A DNA stretch of 38,734 nucleotides from Deltaproteobacteria bacterium (GTDB lineage: Bacteria; Desulfobacterota; Desulfobacteria; Desulfobacterales; JAABPS01), in contig JAFDFT010000002.1 in NCBI GenBank assembly GCA_019309685.1, forward strand, positions 1 to 38,734, in the 5' to 3' direction. This document shows positions 26,707 to 38,190 of this stretch, piece by piece. The notes under the pieces are model-generated. The model was not told the DNA's origin. It ran no database searches and was given only the letters and a program-made list of their open reading frames with translations. A program made the position numbers and the translations under genes. Positions within the stretch are counted from its first letter, which is position 1; each line of letters starts with the position of its first letter.

Positions 26707-29313
26707 ATGGCTAAGATCAGAGTGTATGAATTGGCCAGGGATCTTAACCTGACAAATCAGGATCTTGTGGATAAGATTTCAGACTTGGGCATTGAAGTGA
26801 GCAGCCATATGAGTTCTTTGGATGATGAGGCAGTTGCGTCCATCAAAGCCGGCATCTTTGGCAAAAAGAAAGAAAAGCTTGACGAAGTTAGAATAAAACC
26901 CACCGTTATTCGGAGGCGCAAAAAAGCTAAGGCCAAAAAACCCGATGTTGAGGAAGTGGACGTTGAGGCCGAAATTTCCGCTGCAACGGATGTGGAGCCT
27001 GAAGAGGAAATCGTTGCGGAACAGCAAGAAGCTATACAGCAAATAGAGGAACCTGCAGAAAAGGAAACTGCTGCGAAAAAAACTAAAGAAAAGACAGAAG
27101 TCAAGGATGATAAGAAGAAAGGTAAAAAAGACGCGGCCGCAAGCAAAAAGACTGCATTAAAACCCAAAAAGAAAGCGGCTAAGCCCAAAAAGAAAGAAGT
27201 AGCGGCAAAAATTATTAAGCTGCCGACAGTTCCTGTGCAGGAAAAACTGCTAAAGAAGAAAAAAGCAAAAACAGGTAAAGAGCAGGTATTAAAAATAAAA
27301 GAAGTTGAACCGGTCGTTCAGCCGCCGCCCTCGGATAAACTTGATAAAAAAGGAAAGAAGAAGGGCGCGAAAGTAAAGCCGGAAGAAGTAGAAAAGGTTG
27401 GGAAAGTATTCAAGAAAAAGAGCGGATTCAGGCGTAAATCCATTATTGAAGGGGAAGAACTTTACGACAGAGGAATACGCAGCAGAAAAGGCCGAAAGTC
27501 GGGGAAAGCCAAGGTAGCGACAGGTCAAAAAACGGAAATAACAACGTCCAAGGCAATTAAGAGAAGAATTAAAATTGACGAGTCCATTTTTCTTTCAGAG
27601 CTGGCGAAGAGGATGGGGATAAAAGCGGGCGAATTAATACAGTCATTAATGAATATGGGGGTTATGGCGACGGTTAACCAGGCTTTGGATTTTGATACGG
27701 CTGTTTTGGTTGCCGGAGAATTCAATTACGAACTGGAAAGGGCCGCCTTTGAAGAAGATCTGCTTATTAAAAAAGAAGAAGATGATCCGGGGAAAATGGT
27801 TGAGAGGCCTCCCGTTGTAACCATTATGGGCCATGTAGATCATGGAAAGACTTCCTTGCTTGACGTTATTCGTGAAACAAAAGTGGCGGATGGCGAATCC
27901 GGCGGCATTACACAGCATATCGGTGCTTACCATGTATCCACCTCTAAGGGTCAAATTGTATTTCTGGACACACCGGGACATGAGGCGTTTACTGCCATGC
28001 GATCAAGGGGATCAAAGATAACGGACCTTGTTGTTCTGGTAGTAGCTGCGGATGATGGTGTCATGCCTCAGACCACCGAAGCCATCAACCATTCAAGAGC
28101 GGCAGAGGTGCCAATTATCGTGGCAATAAATAAGATTGACAAAGATAACGCAGATCCTGAGCGGGTTCAGCGGGAGCTTTCGGACGCCGGACTGGTTTCC
28201 GAAGAATGGGGAGGAGACACCATTTTTGTCAAGGTTTCGGCGAAAAAGAATCAAGGCATAGATGAGCTTCTTGAGATGATTCTCTTGCAGGCTGAGGTTT
28301 TAGAGTTGAAGGCGAACCCGGAGAAGCCTGCTTCCGGACATGTGGTTGAAGCAAAACTCGATGCCGGAAAAGGTCCCGTTGCCACGGTACTGATTCAGGG
28401 AGGAACACTACACGTAAGCGATATGGTTGTTTGCGGAGTCCACTATGGAAAAGTGCGAACATTACTCGATGATATTGGCCGGGAAGTGAAAACGGCTGGT
28501 CCATCAATGCCTGTTGAGGTTGTTGGTATTTCAGGTGTGCCCATGGCGGGTGATGAGTTAATGGTTATTGCTGATGAAAAAAATGCACGGCAGGTAAGTC
28601 TGCATCGTTCCGAGAAGCAGAGATCGAAAGACCTGACCAGGCCCGGCAAAATCAGCCTTGAAAATCTTTATGAACATATTCAAGAAGGTGGTATCAAGGA
28701 ACTTAACCTGATCTTAAAGGCCGATGTGCATGGTTCGATTGAGGCCATAAACGATTCTTTGCAAAAGTTGTCAAATATTGAAGTAAAAATAAATATCGTT
28801 CATAGCGCTACAGGCACTATTACCGAATCAGATGTTTCTCTTGGGGCAGTATCCAATGCGATCATTGTTGGATTTAATGTACGGCCAAGTGCAAGAGTTC
28901 AGGATATGGCTGATGAAGAGAACGTGGATATGCGTTTTTACACGGTTATTTATGACCTGATAAAAGATTTGAAGGATTCAGTCCTTGGTATGATGGCGTC
29001 TACCTTTGAAGAAAGAATTCTTGGAAGGGCTGAAGTTCGTGAAGTCTTTCATGTTCCAAAGATAGGCGCGATCGCGGGAAGCTATGTTACGGATGGAAAG
29101 ATTGAAAGGGGAAGCCTGCTAAGACTTATCCGGGAAGGTGTTATTTTATATGAAGGCCGAAATTCTTCCCTGAGGCGTTTTAAGGACGATGCCAAGGAAG
29201 TACAAAGCGGTTATGAATGCGGCATCGGCATCGAAAATTATAATGATATCAAAGTTGGCGATACAATAGAATGCTATTATCTCGAGGAGATCAAACCGGT
29301 ACTTAAAGACTAG
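26707..29313 (+). CDS. infB: Translation initiation factor IF-2
   Basis: 868 aa with a Lys/Glu-rich N-terminal region and a GTPase core ([25 protein letters not shown]). SD AGGAGG. Confidence 0.95.
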   Translation: MAKIRVYELARDLNLTNQDLVDKISDLGIEVSSHMSSLDDEAVASIKAGIFGKKKEKLDEVRIKPTVIRRRKKAKAKKPDVEEVDVEAEISAATDVEPEEEIVAEQQEAIQQIEEPAEKETAAKKTKEKTEVKDDKKKGKKDAAASKKTALKPKKKAAKPKKKEVAAKIIKLPTVPVQEKLLKKKKAKTGKEQVLKIKEVEPVVQPPPSDKLDKKGKKKGAKVKPEEVEKVGKVFKKKSGFRRKSIIEGEELYDRGIRSRKGRKSGKAKVATGQKTEITTSKAIKRRIKIDESIFLSELAKRMGIKAGELIQSLMNMGVMATVNQALDFDTAVLVAGEFNYELERAAFEEDLLIKKEEDDPGKMVERPPVVTIMGHVDHGKTSLLDVIRETKVADGESGGITQHIGAYHVSTSKGQIVFLDTPGHEAFTAMRSRGSKITDLVVLVVAADDGVMPQTTEAINHSRAAEVPIIVAINKIDKDNADPERVQRELSDAGLVSEEWGGDTIFVKVSAKKNQGIDELLEMILLQAEVLELKANPEKPASGHVVEAKLDAGKGPVATVLIQGGTLHVSDMVVCGVHYGKVRTLLDDIGREVKTAGPSMPVEVVGISGVPMAGDELMVIADEKNARQVSLHRSEKQRSKDLTRPGKISLENLYEHIQEGGIKELNLILKADVHGSIEAINDSLQKLSNIEVKINIVHSATGTITESDVSLGAVSNAIIVGFNVRPSARVQDMADEENVDMRFYTVIYDLIKDLKDSVLGMMASTFEERILGRAEVREVFHVPKIGAIAGSYVTDGKIERGSLLRLIREGVILYEGRNSSLRRFKDDAKEVQSGYECGIGIENYNDIKVGDTIECYYLEEIKPVLKD

Positions 29314-29327
29314 GAGCGTTACATCAG

Positions 29328-29615
29328 ATGGTTGTTGGCTGCGGTATTATTAGGATGAGGCTCCATGGCTGCCGATCTCTGAAAGGTAAGCGCAAAATTA
29401 TAAAGTCGATGATTGGCAGGATCCGTAATACTTTTAATGTATCCGTTGCGGAGATTGACTTAAATGATATGTATCAAAGTGCTGAGGTTGGTTTTGTGCT
29501 TGTTGGAAACAATAAAGCCGTTGTTAATTCGAAAGTAGATAAAGTATTAAACTTTGCTGAAGGTATGGGATTGGCGGAAATCGTTAACAGCGAAATAGAG
29601 ATTATTCAATTATGA
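29328..29615 (+). CDS. DUF503 (YlxP-like) protein
   Basis: 95-aa ORF in the conserved slot between infB and rbfA. The LHGCRSLKGKRKIIKSMIGRIRNTFNVSVAE pattern is typical of DUF503. Confidence 0.8.
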   Translation: MVVGCGIIRMRLHGCRSLKGKRKIIKSMIGRIRNTFNVSVAEIDLNDMYQSAEVGFVLVGNNKAVVNSKVDKVLNFAEGMGLAEIVNSEIEIIQL

Positions 29616-29953
29616 AACCGTTTTCTCGAGCTGAAAGAGTAGGGGGCCTTTTGCATGAAGTGCTTTCAGAAGTATTAAAAAAAGAGATTGGAGACCCCCG
29701 TCTTGAGATGGTAACGATTACGGGTGTTAAAATGTCTGACGACCTGAAACAAGCTAAAATCTACTTTACCACGTCAGGCAACCTCAAAGCACGAAGCGGG
29801 GCTATCGACGGCTTTAACAGTGCTGTGGGATATCTGAAAAAAAAGCTCGGACGGCAGCTGGGATTGCGCTACATGCCGGCACTTAAATTTTATTATGATG
29901 AATCTTTAGATTATGGTGCACATATAGATCAAGTGCTAAAATCAATACAATAA
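29612..29953 (+). CDS. rbfA: Ribosome-binding factor A
   Basis: RAERVGGLLHEVLSEVLKKEIGDPRL...VTITGVKMSDDLKQAKIYF. The start overlaps the DUF503 stop (ATGA). Confidence 0.9.
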   Translation: MKPFSRAERVGGLLHEVLSEVLKKEIGDPRLEMVTITGVKMSDDLKQAKIYFTTSGNLKARSGAIDGFNSAVGYLKKKLGRQLGLRYMPALKFYYDESLDYGAHIDQVLKSIQ

Positions 29954-29955
29954 TA

Positions 29956-30927
29956 ATGGATAAAATTATACAACACCTGCAACAGAGCGGCCCTATTCTG
30001 ATTGCCTCTCATATCAATCCAGATGGAGATGCCATCGGGTCTTCATTGGCCATAGGACTTGCACTTGAGTCGCTCGGTAAACATGTGACATTTTATACTG
30101 AAAGTCCCATTCCGGCTGTGTACAGATTTCTGCCTGAATCGGATCGTATGGTGGAAGAAATAAATGCTGAAAACCAGTTTCAAACAGCAATAATTCTTGA
30201 CTGCGGTGATATTTACAGGGTTGGAGATGCCGCTTCGATTATCGAAAAAATTCCAACGGTCATAAACATTGATCATCATATTACCAATACCAAATTTGGC
30301 AATTATTCTTTGATCGATACAACTGCGTGCGCAACTGCTGAAATCGTTTACCGTTTGATTAAAAAGATGAATGTGCCGATAAACAACGTTATCGCCATTT
30401 CAATATACACGGGAATTATGACAGACACCGGTTCTTTTCGGTTTTCAAATACAAACAAAGATTCTTTCGCGATTTGTGAAGAGATGATCGCTTTAGGGGC
30501 AGATCCATATCTTGTTGCTCAATATGTTTACGGTACCTATTCTTTAGGACGCATCAAGTTGTTAAACAGGGCCATTGACTCCATTGAAATTTCTAAGAAT
30601 GGCAAATTGTCTGTTATGACGGTTACTGAAGAAATGTTTGATGAAACAAACACAAAACCTGATGATGTTGATGGATTCATAAACTATGCAAAAGGGATTG
30701 AGGATGTAAAGATAGCGGCCCTGATACTTGAACAACACAAGAATAACGGGAACAAAGGTACCAGTAAAACGTATCATGTCAGCCTTCGTTCAGATGAAAC
30801 GGTTGATGTGGGTGAAATTGCTACTTTTTATGGAGGTGGGGGTCATTCTACGGCAGCGGGATTCAGTATCGAATCACCTCTTGCCGGGATAAAGTCAAAA
30901 ATATTTAATTTGGCGAATAAGCTATGA
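29956..30927 (+). CDS. nrnA: DHH/DHHA1 phosphoesterase (NrnA-like bifunctional oligoribonuclease/pAp phosphatase)
   Basis: DHH motifs (HINPDGDAIGS, ILDCGD, NIDHH) and DHHA1 GGGGH. Confidence 0.85.
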   Translation: MDKIIQHLQQSGPILIASHINPDGDAIGSSLAIGLALESLGKHVTFYTESPIPAVYRFLPESDRMVEEINAENQFQTAIILDCGDIYRVGDAASIIEKIPTVINIDHHITNTKFGNYSLIDTTACATAEIVYRLIKKMNVPINNVIAISIYTGIMTDTGSFRFSNTNKDSFAICEEMIALGADPYLVAQYVYGTYSLGRIKLLNRAIDSIEISKNGKLSVMTVTEEMFDETNTKPDDVDGFINYAKGIEDVKIAALILEQHKNNGNKGTSKTYHVSLRSDETVDVGEIATFYGGGGHSTAAGFSIESPLAGIKSKIFNLANKL

Positions 30928-30936
30928 CCTTGATGT

Positions 30937-31860
30937 ATGGGACATGATATAAATGGCCTTTTAGTTATTGATAAACACGCAAGCATTACATCCGCCAGGG
31001 CGGTGGCAATTGTAAAAAAACTGTGCGGCGTCAGAAAAGTTGGTCATACGGGGACACTTGATCCTTTTGCAACGGGTGTTTTGATTTGTTGTATGAATAA
31101 AGCAACAAAATTGGCTACTTTTCTTTTGCGGGGAAACAAAAAATATTTTGCGGTTCTCCATCTGGGAGTTGAAACAGATACGCAGGATTCAACAGGGACT
31201 ATAATTTCAACATCAGATAGGGTGGAGTTTTCTGAAGAGGCGATTAAAGATGTATTTGATAAATTTATAGGTACTGTTGAACAGTTTCCGCCTGTTTATT
31301 CAGCTTTGAAGCACAAGGGGGTTCCGCTTCATAAGCTCGCGAGAAGCGGGAAGGCCGTATCGAAACCGCCAAGGCGTGTGCATATTTCATCTATTGAAAT
31401 AAAAGAAATTGTGCTGCCGTTGGTTCAATTTGAGATAACATGTTCTGCGGGAACCTATGTTCGGACACTTTGCTCGGATATTGGAAAGCATCTCGGATGC
31501 GGCGGTCACCTTAAAGCATTGAGAAGAACCGAAAGCAGCGGGTTTGCTATTGAGGACGCATTGACATTGCCAGAATTGGAAATGTTGACGCAATCCGAAA
31601 GTATGCCACAGCTTTTGGCTGTCCGGATCGTTGGTATGGCGGATGCGCTGCCCGACGTACCCGAGATATTTGTAAACGGTGTTTTAGAGAAAAAAATTTT
31701 AAATGGGAACCCTTTAACGATTAAAGATTTAACCCCTGTTGAAACGAAAAACAGGAAAAGCATACTAAAGGCTGTTGATTCAAACAGAGATCTTCTTGCC
31801 ATATTGAGCTATGATAAGCTCTTTGAAAAGTATGCTTATTGCTGTGTGTTCCAGCGATAG
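30937..31860 (+). CDS. truB: tRNA pseudouridine(55) synthase
   Basis: GLLVIDKHASITS...KVGHTGTLDPFATGVL catalytic Asp motif, in nusA-infB-rbfA-truB synteny. Confidence 0.95.
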   Translation: MGHDINGLLVIDKHASITSARAVAIVKKLCGVRKVGHTGTLDPFATGVLICCMNKATKLATFLLRGNKKYFAVLHLGVETDTQDSTGTIISTSDRVEFSEEAIKDVFDKFIGTVEQFPPVYSALKHKGVPLHKLARSGKAVSKPPRRVHISSIEIKEIVLPLVQFEITCSAGTYVRTLCSDIGKHLGCGGHLKALRRTESSGFAIEDALTLPELEMLTQSESMPQLLAVRIVGMADALPDVPEIFVNGVLEKKILNGNPLTIKDLTPVETKNRKSILKAVDSNRDLLAILSYDKLFEKYAYCCVFQR

Positions 31861-31862
31861 GT

Positions 31863-32031
31863 ATACTTAATGGCTTCGTAATCCCGCCGATGGCGGGACT
31901 GCGTTGCGCTGCATCCCTCGTGACTGCGGCGTACGGTAAGTACGCCTCGTTCTTCGGGATTTACGCCTTGAATATGAACTTTTATCTTTGCCATTACAGT
32001 TTTGATTTTTTCGAAATCATCATACTTAATG
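31863..32031 (+). repeat. Structured intergenic repeat, copy C (A/C subtype), flanked by a 10-bp direct repeat
   Basis: ATACTTAATG occurs at 31863-31872 and 32022-32031. Hairpins are CCCGCC-GAT-GGCGGG (31883-31897) and GGCGTAC-GGTAA-GTACGCC (31928-31946). It is homologous to copy A. Confidence 0.75.
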
Positions 32032-32105
32032 AGTAGGTTTTATGTTTTTACGAAAATGGATATTATTTTTTTAAAGTTAAGCAAACAAAAAAGGCCTGAA
32101 TATTT

Positions 32106-32399
32106 ATGGCCAGAGGAGGCAAACAGAAAGTGGTTTTAACATCGGAAAATAAGAAAACGCTTATAGAGAAATTTCGATTACACGAAAGTGATACCGGTTC
32201 ACCAGAAGTTCAGGTAGGGCTGCTGACAAATCGTATTTCTTACCTCACCGACCACCTGAAGATCCATAAAAAAGATCATCATTCAAGAAGAGGTTTGTTG
32301 AAGCTTGTCGGGAGGCGTCGGAGACTTCTTAATTATGTAAGAAGCAAAGATGTTAATCGCTACCGGACAATCATCGACGTCCTGGGTCTTAGGCGATAG
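32106..32399 (+). CDS. rpsO: 30S ribosomal protein S15
   Basis: [52 protein letters not shown]. The ATG at 32106 gives 97 aa. A GTG at 32130, preceded by GAGGAGG, would give the canonical 89 aa, so the start is ambiguous. Confidence 0.9.
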   Translation: MARGGKQKVVLTSENKKTLIEKFRLHESDTGSPEVQVGLLTNRISYLTDHLKIHKKDHHSRRGLLKLVGRRRRLLNYVRSKDVNRYRTIIDVLGLRR

Positions 32400-32619
32400 A
32401 CATTCCGGAGATTGTTCATTTTTATACAGCTTTAGCTGTTATGGCATGGCCCGCTTTTTTAGCCGGCATGTATTAGACCGGCATAGCTTTAAGAGTCTTC
32501 TTATAATTTTAAGCGGGAATTTTGCATTTATTGTAATTTGTTAGAAAAAAGTGATTTCTTCATTATAAGAATATCATTTGAAATAGTATATTTTTATGGA
32601 AGAAAATCAGGAGAGACAT

Positions 32620-34704
32620 ATGGAAAATTCATTTAATACTGAAATTAACGGCAAAACACTGACCATTGAAACTGGAAAACTTGCCAAGCAGGCATCAGGC
32701 TCTGTGGTGGTTCAATATGGCGAAACGATTGTACTTGTAACAGTGGTTTCATCAAATCAGGAGACCAAGCAGGATTTTTTACCGCTGACGGTTGAGTATC
32801 AGGAGAAAATTTATGCGGCAGGAAGAATCCCGGGAAACTATTTCCGGCGTGAAATAGGGAGGCCCAGCGAGAAGGAGACTTTAACTGCGCGCCTGATTGA
32901 TCGGCCCATACGGCCGCTATTTCCGAAAGGATATCGATATGAGACACAGGTGATTGCAACGGTATTATCAATGGACCAGGAAAATGATCCCGACTTTCTT
33001 GCGATGATTGGTGCTTCAGCCGCTCTTGAGATATCTGATATTCCTTTTGAGGGACCCATCGCATGTGCACGTGTGGGTCGGATTGATGGCCAGTATGTCA
33101 TTAACCCAACCATCAGTGAATGTGACTCCTCAGATATTAATATATTTGTTGTGGGTTCGAAAACAGGTATCGTCATGGTAGAAGGAGGCGGCGATGTTGT
33201 CAGCGAATCGGATGTTCTGGAAGCGATCTTTTTTGCCCATGAAGCTATTCAGCCGATAATTGATATGCAAGTAAGGCTTAAGGAAGCTTTTGGTGTACCG
33301 AAACGCCCTTATGATCCACCCGTTAAAGATGATGCACTGGTTCAAATCGTTGAATCCAAAGCCTACGATCCGCTGTGTGATGCGATCATCACACCGGGAA
33401 AGATGGAGAGACAACGAGCCGTTCGTGAAGTAAAGTCCAAAATATTTGAAGAGCTTGGAGATGACTTCGCTGAAAGAAAGGATGAAGTCTATGATATATT
33501 TGACGATGTAAAAAGAAAAATTTCACGGGATCTAGTTTTGAAAAAAGGCCGGCGTATTGATAACAGGAAATTTGATGAGGTTCGTCACATATCATGCCAG
33601 CCGGGGATTTTGCCGCGGCCTCATGGCTCAGCGCTTTTTACACGTGGAGAGACTCAGGTATTAGGTGTTTTAACACTGGGCTCGGGAAGAGATGAGCAGC
33701 GCGTGGAAACCCTAAGCGGTGAAGTGTTCAGACCGTTTATGCTTCATTATAACTTCCCGCCCTTTTCTGTTGGAGAAGTAAAGCGGCTCGGCGGGCCCAG
33801 CCGAAGAGATGTCGGACACGGTGGGCTGTCCACACGAGCGCTTGAAAAGGTACTTCCTGCAAAAGAAGAATTTGATTATACCATCCGTCTTGTATCAGAA
33901 GTGTTGGAATCGAATGGTTCTTCGTCTATGGGAACCGTCTGCTCAGGCACGATGGCTCTCATGGACGGTGGCGTGCCCATTAAAGCCCCGGTGTCAGGTA
34001 TTGCCATGGGATTGGTAAAGGAAGGAGACCAGATTGTTATTTTGTCAGACATCCTGGGAGACGAGGATCACACAGGTGATATGGACTTTAAGGTGGCCGG
34101 TACAAAAGATGGAATTACAGCGCTTCAGATGGATATCAAAATTCTTGAACTGTCAAAAGATATAATGGGAAAGGCGCTTGAGCAGGCGCGCGTGGGACGC
34201 TTACATATCCTCGATAAAATGCTGGACTCCATAGATGTGCCCCGAGAAGAGATTTCTCCCTATGCGCCGAAGATCATTACCATCAAAATTAATCCCGATA
34301 AAATACGTGATATCATCGGGCCTGGCGGAAAAGTGATCCGGGCCATACAGGCAGAAACAAACACGCAAATTGAAATCGATGATTCAGGCGCTGTGAAAAT
34401 TGCAGCGGTCTCTACCCAGGAAGCGGAAGAGGCGTTAAGGATGATTAATGAAATTACTGCTGAGCCAGAAGTGGGAGAAGTGTATGAAGGAACCGTCGTG
34501 AAAATAACCGATTTTGGCGCATTTGTTCAGATACTTCCCGGTACGGATGGACTTGTTCATATCTCTCAACTGGCGCCTCAGCGTGTGAAAAAGGTTTCCG
34601 ATGTCGTTAAAGAAGGAGAAATTATAAAGGTGAAAGTACTTGAAGTCGGGCGGGATGGGAAGATAAGGCTCAGCCGTAAAGCGGTGCTAGAACAAGATGG
34701 ATGA
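32620..34704 (+). CDS. pnp: Polyribonucleotide nucleotidyltransferase (PNPase)
   Basis: Two RNase PH domains, a KH domain and an S1 domain ([33 protein letters not shown]). I prefer ATG 32620 (SD AGGAGA 6 nt upstream) over the track start at 32596. Confidence 0.95.
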   Translation: MENSFNTEINGKTLTIETGKLAKQASGSVVVQYGETIVLVTVVSSNQETKQDFLPLTVEYQEKIYAAGRIPGNYFRREIGRPSEKETLTARLIDRPIRPLFPKGYRYETQVIATVLSMDQENDPDFLAMIGASAALEISDIPFEGPIACARVGRIDGQYVINPTISECDSSDINIFVVGSKTGIVMVEGGGDVVSESDVLEAIFFAHEAIQPIIDMQVRLKEAFGVPKRPYDPPVKDDALVQIVESKAYDPLCDAIITPGKMERQRAVREVKSKIFEELGDDFAERKDEVYDIFDDVKRKISRDLVLKKGRRIDNRKFDEVRHISCQPGILPRPHGSALFTRGETQVLGVLTLGSGRDEQRVETLSGEVFRPFMLHYNFPPFSVGEVKRLGGPSRRDVGHGGLSTRALEKVLPAKEEFDYTIRLVSEVLESNGSSSMGTVCSGTMALMDGGVPIKAPVSGIAMGLVKEGDQIVILSDILGDEDHTGDMDFKVAGTKDGITALQMDIKILELSKDIMGKALEQARVGRLHILDKMLDSIDVPREEISPYAPKIITIKINPDKIRDIIGPGGKVIRAIQAETNTQIEIDDSGAVKIAAVSTQEAEEALRMINEITAEPEVGEVYEGTVVKITDFGAFVQILPGTDGLVHISQLAPQRVKKVSDVVKEGEIIKVKVLEVGRDGKIRLSRKAVLEQDG

Positions 34705-35989
34705 AAATCTAATAAATAATACAGCACTTAAAAATGGTATTCGGATTTTGAGCAAGCAGATACCCAATGTGCGCTCTGTTTCAATGGGTGTGTGGGTGGA
34801 TGTTGGCGCCCGTGATGAATCTCTGGAAGAAAACGGTCTATCCCATTTGATTGAACACATGATTTTTAAGGGGACAAAGCGGCGGAATGCGTTTCAGATC
34901 GCGAAAGAATTTGATGCCATCGGCGGGCATAGCAACGCCTTTACTTCCATGGAAAACACATGCTTTCACGCGAAGGTTCTTGATTCGCATACCCATACCA
35001 TGATCGATATCCTTTCTGATATTTTTTTAAATTCGGTATTTGACGAGACAGAAATTGAAAAAGAACGGCCGGTAATACTGCAGGAAATCGGGATGGTTGA
35101 AGATAGTCCTGACGAATATATCCATGTCCTTTCCGGAAATGCATATTGGGGAGATAATCCGCTTGGGCGTTCCATCTTGGGGAGCCGTGAAAATATTGTA
35201 AGCTTTGGACCAGAGGCAGTGAAAAGTTTTTTCAACCGTTTTTACCGACCGGATCGAATCGTTATTTCAGCAGCTGGAAATATTGATCATGCCTGGTTCG
35301 TGGATAAACTAGAGGCGCCCTTTAAAGCTGTGGAGCAAAATACAGAGCAATTTGAACGTGTTACACCAGAAGGGCTTTCAACCGTTGACCTTCACCATAG
35401 AGAACTCGAACTGGCGCATATCTGTATTGGGACAAGGGGGCTGTCTATAACAGATCCGCGCCGTTATGAGTTTTCATTATTAAGCACTATTTTGGGCGGC
35501 AACATGAGTTCACGTTTATTTCAGGAGATACGTGAGCGAAGGGGGCTTGCCTATTCAGTTTATTCTTTTGTAAACTCTTATTTCGACACAGGCATGTTCG
35601 GTGTATATGCGGGTGTTGATCACGCCCGTGCGACCGAATGCATTGATGTGACAATAAAAGAACTACGCAAAATGAGTTCACAGCGCGTAACCACATCCGA
35701 GCTTACCAATGCAAAGGAACACACAAAAGGTAATTTACTCCTGTCCGCTGAAAGTGTGGACAACCATATGGTACGATTGGCGCAAACAGACATCCATTTT
35801 GGACGTTACATCCCAATTCAGGAGGTTATAGAAAAAATTGAAGCCGTAACAACGGATGATATTCTCGCTGTAGCCGAAAGCCTTTTCCAGTCAGAAGACT
35901 ACGCTCTAACAATCCTGGGCCCTGTTGATAATAAAAGTGACTATGAAAATCTCCACTTCGTGAAAAATTCAGGTATCAACCCAGTTTAG
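34697..35989 (+). CDS. M16-family zinc peptidase, paralog 2 (housekeeping, pnp-linked)
   Basis: HxxEH motif ([13 protein letters not shown]) with [11 protein letters not shown]. The start overlaps the pnp stop (ATGGATGA). pnp-M16-dut is a recurrent synteny. Confidence 0.85.
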   Translation: MDENLINNTALKNGIRILSKQIPNVRSVSMGVWVDVGARDESLEENGLSHLIEHMIFKGTKRRNAFQIAKEFDAIGGHSNAFTSMENTCFHAKVLDSHTHTMIDILSDIFLNSVFDETEIEKERPVILQEIGMVEDSPDEYIHVLSGNAYWGDNPLGRSILGSRENIVSFGPEAVKSFFNRFYRPDRIVISAAGNIDHAWFVDKLEAPFKAVEQNTEQFERVTPEGLSTVDLHHRELELAHICIGTRGLSITDPRRYEFSLLSTILGGNMSSRLFQEIRERRGLAYSVYSFVNSYFDTGMFGVYAGVDHARATECIDVTIKELRKMSSQRVTTSELTNAKEHTKGNLLLSAESVDNHMVRLAQTDIHFGRYIPIQEVIEKIEAVTTDDILAVAESLFQSEDYALTILGPVDNKSDYENLHFVKNSGINPV

Positions 35990-36021
35990 GCAGCAAGAAC
36001 TAGTACAATTTAGGAGATAAA

Positions 36022-36480
36022 ATGGCCCAACCGCTTGTTATTCAACTTCGCAGAATCCATCCAGATAAGGATTCAGACATTCCTCTTCCACGCTACATGA
36101 CGCCGCAATCTGCCGGCATGGATCTGTGCGCGGCGATTGAAAATGATATTCACCTAAACCATGGAGATATTGTTTTGGTGCCCACAGGCTTTGCGATGTC
36201 CATTCCGGAGGGCTATGAAGGACAGATACGTCCCCGGAGCGGGATTGCTGTCAAACACGGTATAAGCATTGTTAATTCCCCAGGGACCATTGACTCGGAT
36301 TACCGGGGAGAAGTGAAAATTGCCGTTATTCATATGGGAAAAAAAGCGTATATTTTACACAGGGGCGATCGAATTGCTCAGATGATAATTAAAAAAGTGT
36401 ATCAGGCCAAGCTTGAAGTTGTAGAGGCACTTGAAGAAACAGAGCGAAATGCCGGCGGTTTTGGCCATACGGGGAATTAA
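36022..36480 (+). CDS. dut: dUTP diphosphatase
   Basis: 152 aa with AGMDL, RPRSG, GTIDSDYRGE and GGFGHTG motifs. SD AGGAGA. Confidence 0.95.
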   Translation: MAQPLVIQLRRIHPDKDSDIPLPRYMTPQSAGMDLCAAIENDIHLNHGDIVLVPTGFAMSIPEGYEGQIRPRSGIAVKHGISIVNSPGTIDSDYRGEVKIAVIHMGKKAYILHRGDRIAQMIIKKVYQAKLEVVEALEETERNAGGFGHTGN

Positions 36481-36811
36481 AATGTGGCTATCCGTTTCTA
36501 AGGGCTATATCTATGTAAATCGGTTTTAAGTTATAGGTGTTACGTTTTAAGTTTTTGTTTTCCGCATTTGTGAAAATTCTTAAAGTGGGTTACTGAAATA
36601 CTTCTTGGCCTATGCGATGAATTGATATTAATTAGTGCACATTCATTAAATTTTAAAATGGGTACTAAATATGTTTCCGATCCCTAAATAAGCAATTTTC
36701 CGTAAGGTCAAGAAAATCAAGGAATTGTGCGGAGGTGTACTCAGTTGTACATCGCACAAACAATTCCAAAGATTTATCCGCCTCGGCGTGCATTCAACAT
36801 TCTTATACCTG

Positions 36812-36939
36812 TTAAAATGAGCAATTTTTGTTCAATTTCAAGGAAGGCGATAATTTTAACCGCAGGAATACATGGAGTATTTCGAGGAATAAAATTTGAG
36901 TCTGACACAGAAATTGGGCAAAAGGAGCCATTTATGACC
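36812..36939 (-). repeat. Structured intergenic repeat, copy D (B/D subtype, inverted orientation, lacks the 5' GC hairpin)
   Basis: The reverse complement of 36842-36899 is 53/58 identical to 2208-2265. The flanks also align: TTTTGCCCAATTTCTGTGTCAG versus TTTTGTCCGATTTCTGTGTCAG, and TTGAAATTGAACAAAA versus TTGAACTTGAACAAAA. About 23 nt containing the CCGCC..GGCGG hairpin of copy B is absent. Confidence 0.8.
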
Positions 36940-36961
36940 GGAAACTAATTGGATTTTTAGA

Positions 36962-37735
36962 TTGAGGAAAAATTTGGAACCCGACCATACCGTAGCAGTT
37001 TGCGTACTGAGCAGCGGCAGTAAGGGCAATGCTATTTATGTCTCAGGTGGTTCAACGTCTATCCTTATCGATGCCGGACTTTCCGGAATAGAATTAGAAC
37101 GCAGGATGGCATCCAAAGAGATTCAACCGGAAAGCCTGGATGCTATTATCGTTTCCCATGAACACTCTGATCATATTCAGGGAGTAGGCGTTCTTGCCCG
37201 CCGTTTTGACCTGCCTGTTTATATCAGCGAAAAAACGGAGACCGCGGCCAACCAAATAGGATCGGTCAAGGATTTTAAGTATTTTGAATGCGGTTCTTCT
37301 TTTCAAATAAAAGATCTAACATTGCATCCTTTTTCAGTTTCACATGATGCAGAAGACCCGGCCGGGTTTACGGTTGGACAGAACGGGGTGAAGGTCGGTA
37401 TCGCTACGGATCTTGGTCACTCAACATCAATGGTTAAAGAGCACCTGAAAAACTGTTCACTTCTTGTTCTTGAAGCGAATCACGATATAGACATGCTCAT
37501 CGATGGGCCCTATCCGTGGCCGATAAAGCAAAGAATTCAAAGCCGAACCGGCCATCTCTCGAATGAGGCGACAAAAAAATTATTAAAAGAAGTCCTGCAC
37601 GACAAATTGGAACATGTTGTTCTTTCCCATCTCAGCGAAGTCAATAATTTTCGTCAGCCAAAAACTTCATTAAACTCAATCTTTGTGTTAACAAAAAATG
37701 CATTTATGCATTCACAAACGTTGGGAGGGTTTTGA
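36962..37735 (+). CDS. MBL-fold metallo-hydrolase (YycJ-like)
   Basis: VLSSGSKGNAIYV...ILIDAG...SHEHSDHIQG motif set. The start is a TTG at either 36962 or 36974 and is uncertain. Confidence 0.8.
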   Translation: MRKNLEPDHTVAVCVLSSGSKGNAIYVSGGSTSILIDAGLSGIELERRMASKEIQPESLDAIIVSHEHSDHIQGVGVLARRFDLPVYISEKTETAANQIGSVKDFKYFECGSSFQIKDLTLHPFSVSHDAEDPAGFTVGQNGVKVGIATDLGHSTSMVKEHLKNCSLLVLEANHDIDMLIDGPYPWPIKQRIQSRTGHLSNEATKKLLKEVLHDKLEHVVLSHLSEVNNFRQPKTSLNSIFVLTKNAFMHSQTLGGF

Positions 37736-38190
37736 ATACGCTATCGCAATGTTATTTTATAGAAAGAGAAGTCAAAGCGTTTAATTTTAAATAGAGGTTT
37801 ACTTATGGATTCCGGTTGTCTCCATAACGTACGACGGAACCGGCGGATAAAAGAACGATGCCATCATTCCTTATCTTAAGTATCCCAGAAAAGATTTAGA
37901 AAATCCTACAGGCAGAAAAAGATCCAACCTGGGATAATTGGTACAACAAGGCGAATGGCTTCACACATAAACCTTTGTCAACTGAATAATATAATTTCAG
38001 CAGTTTTGATACACAGAGATCGCCTCGTCGCCCTGTTGTATCAGTATTCCACGCAATGACTTATAAGGGATGTATTTTCTTGCCTCTCGCCCCTTGCCTC
38101 CAACTTCTATCCGTAAATAAGGGTATAATAAGAGTAATGTGTATTCGCTTTAATTTAGCCAGCGATATATGTTTTCATCATATAAATCGT

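Noticed and set aside
26757-27528. Antisense ORFs and apparent repetitiveness in the 5' third of infB
   Set aside because: This is a composition effect of the Lys/Glu/Ala-rich IF2 N-terminal region (AAG/AAA/GAA runs), not a discrete repeat array or a separate gene.
31839-32036. 65-aa + strand ORF after truB
   Set aside because: It lies entirely within repeat copy C and overlaps the truB end. It has no SD, and its sequence is explained by the hairpin repeat.
36727-36948. 73-aa + strand ORF in the dut-MBL spacer, and a 4-codon mini-ORF behind AAGGAG at 36934
   Set aside because: Both are composed of repeat copy D read in reverse. The apparent SD-ATG is the reverse complement of the element segment that is conserved in copy B.
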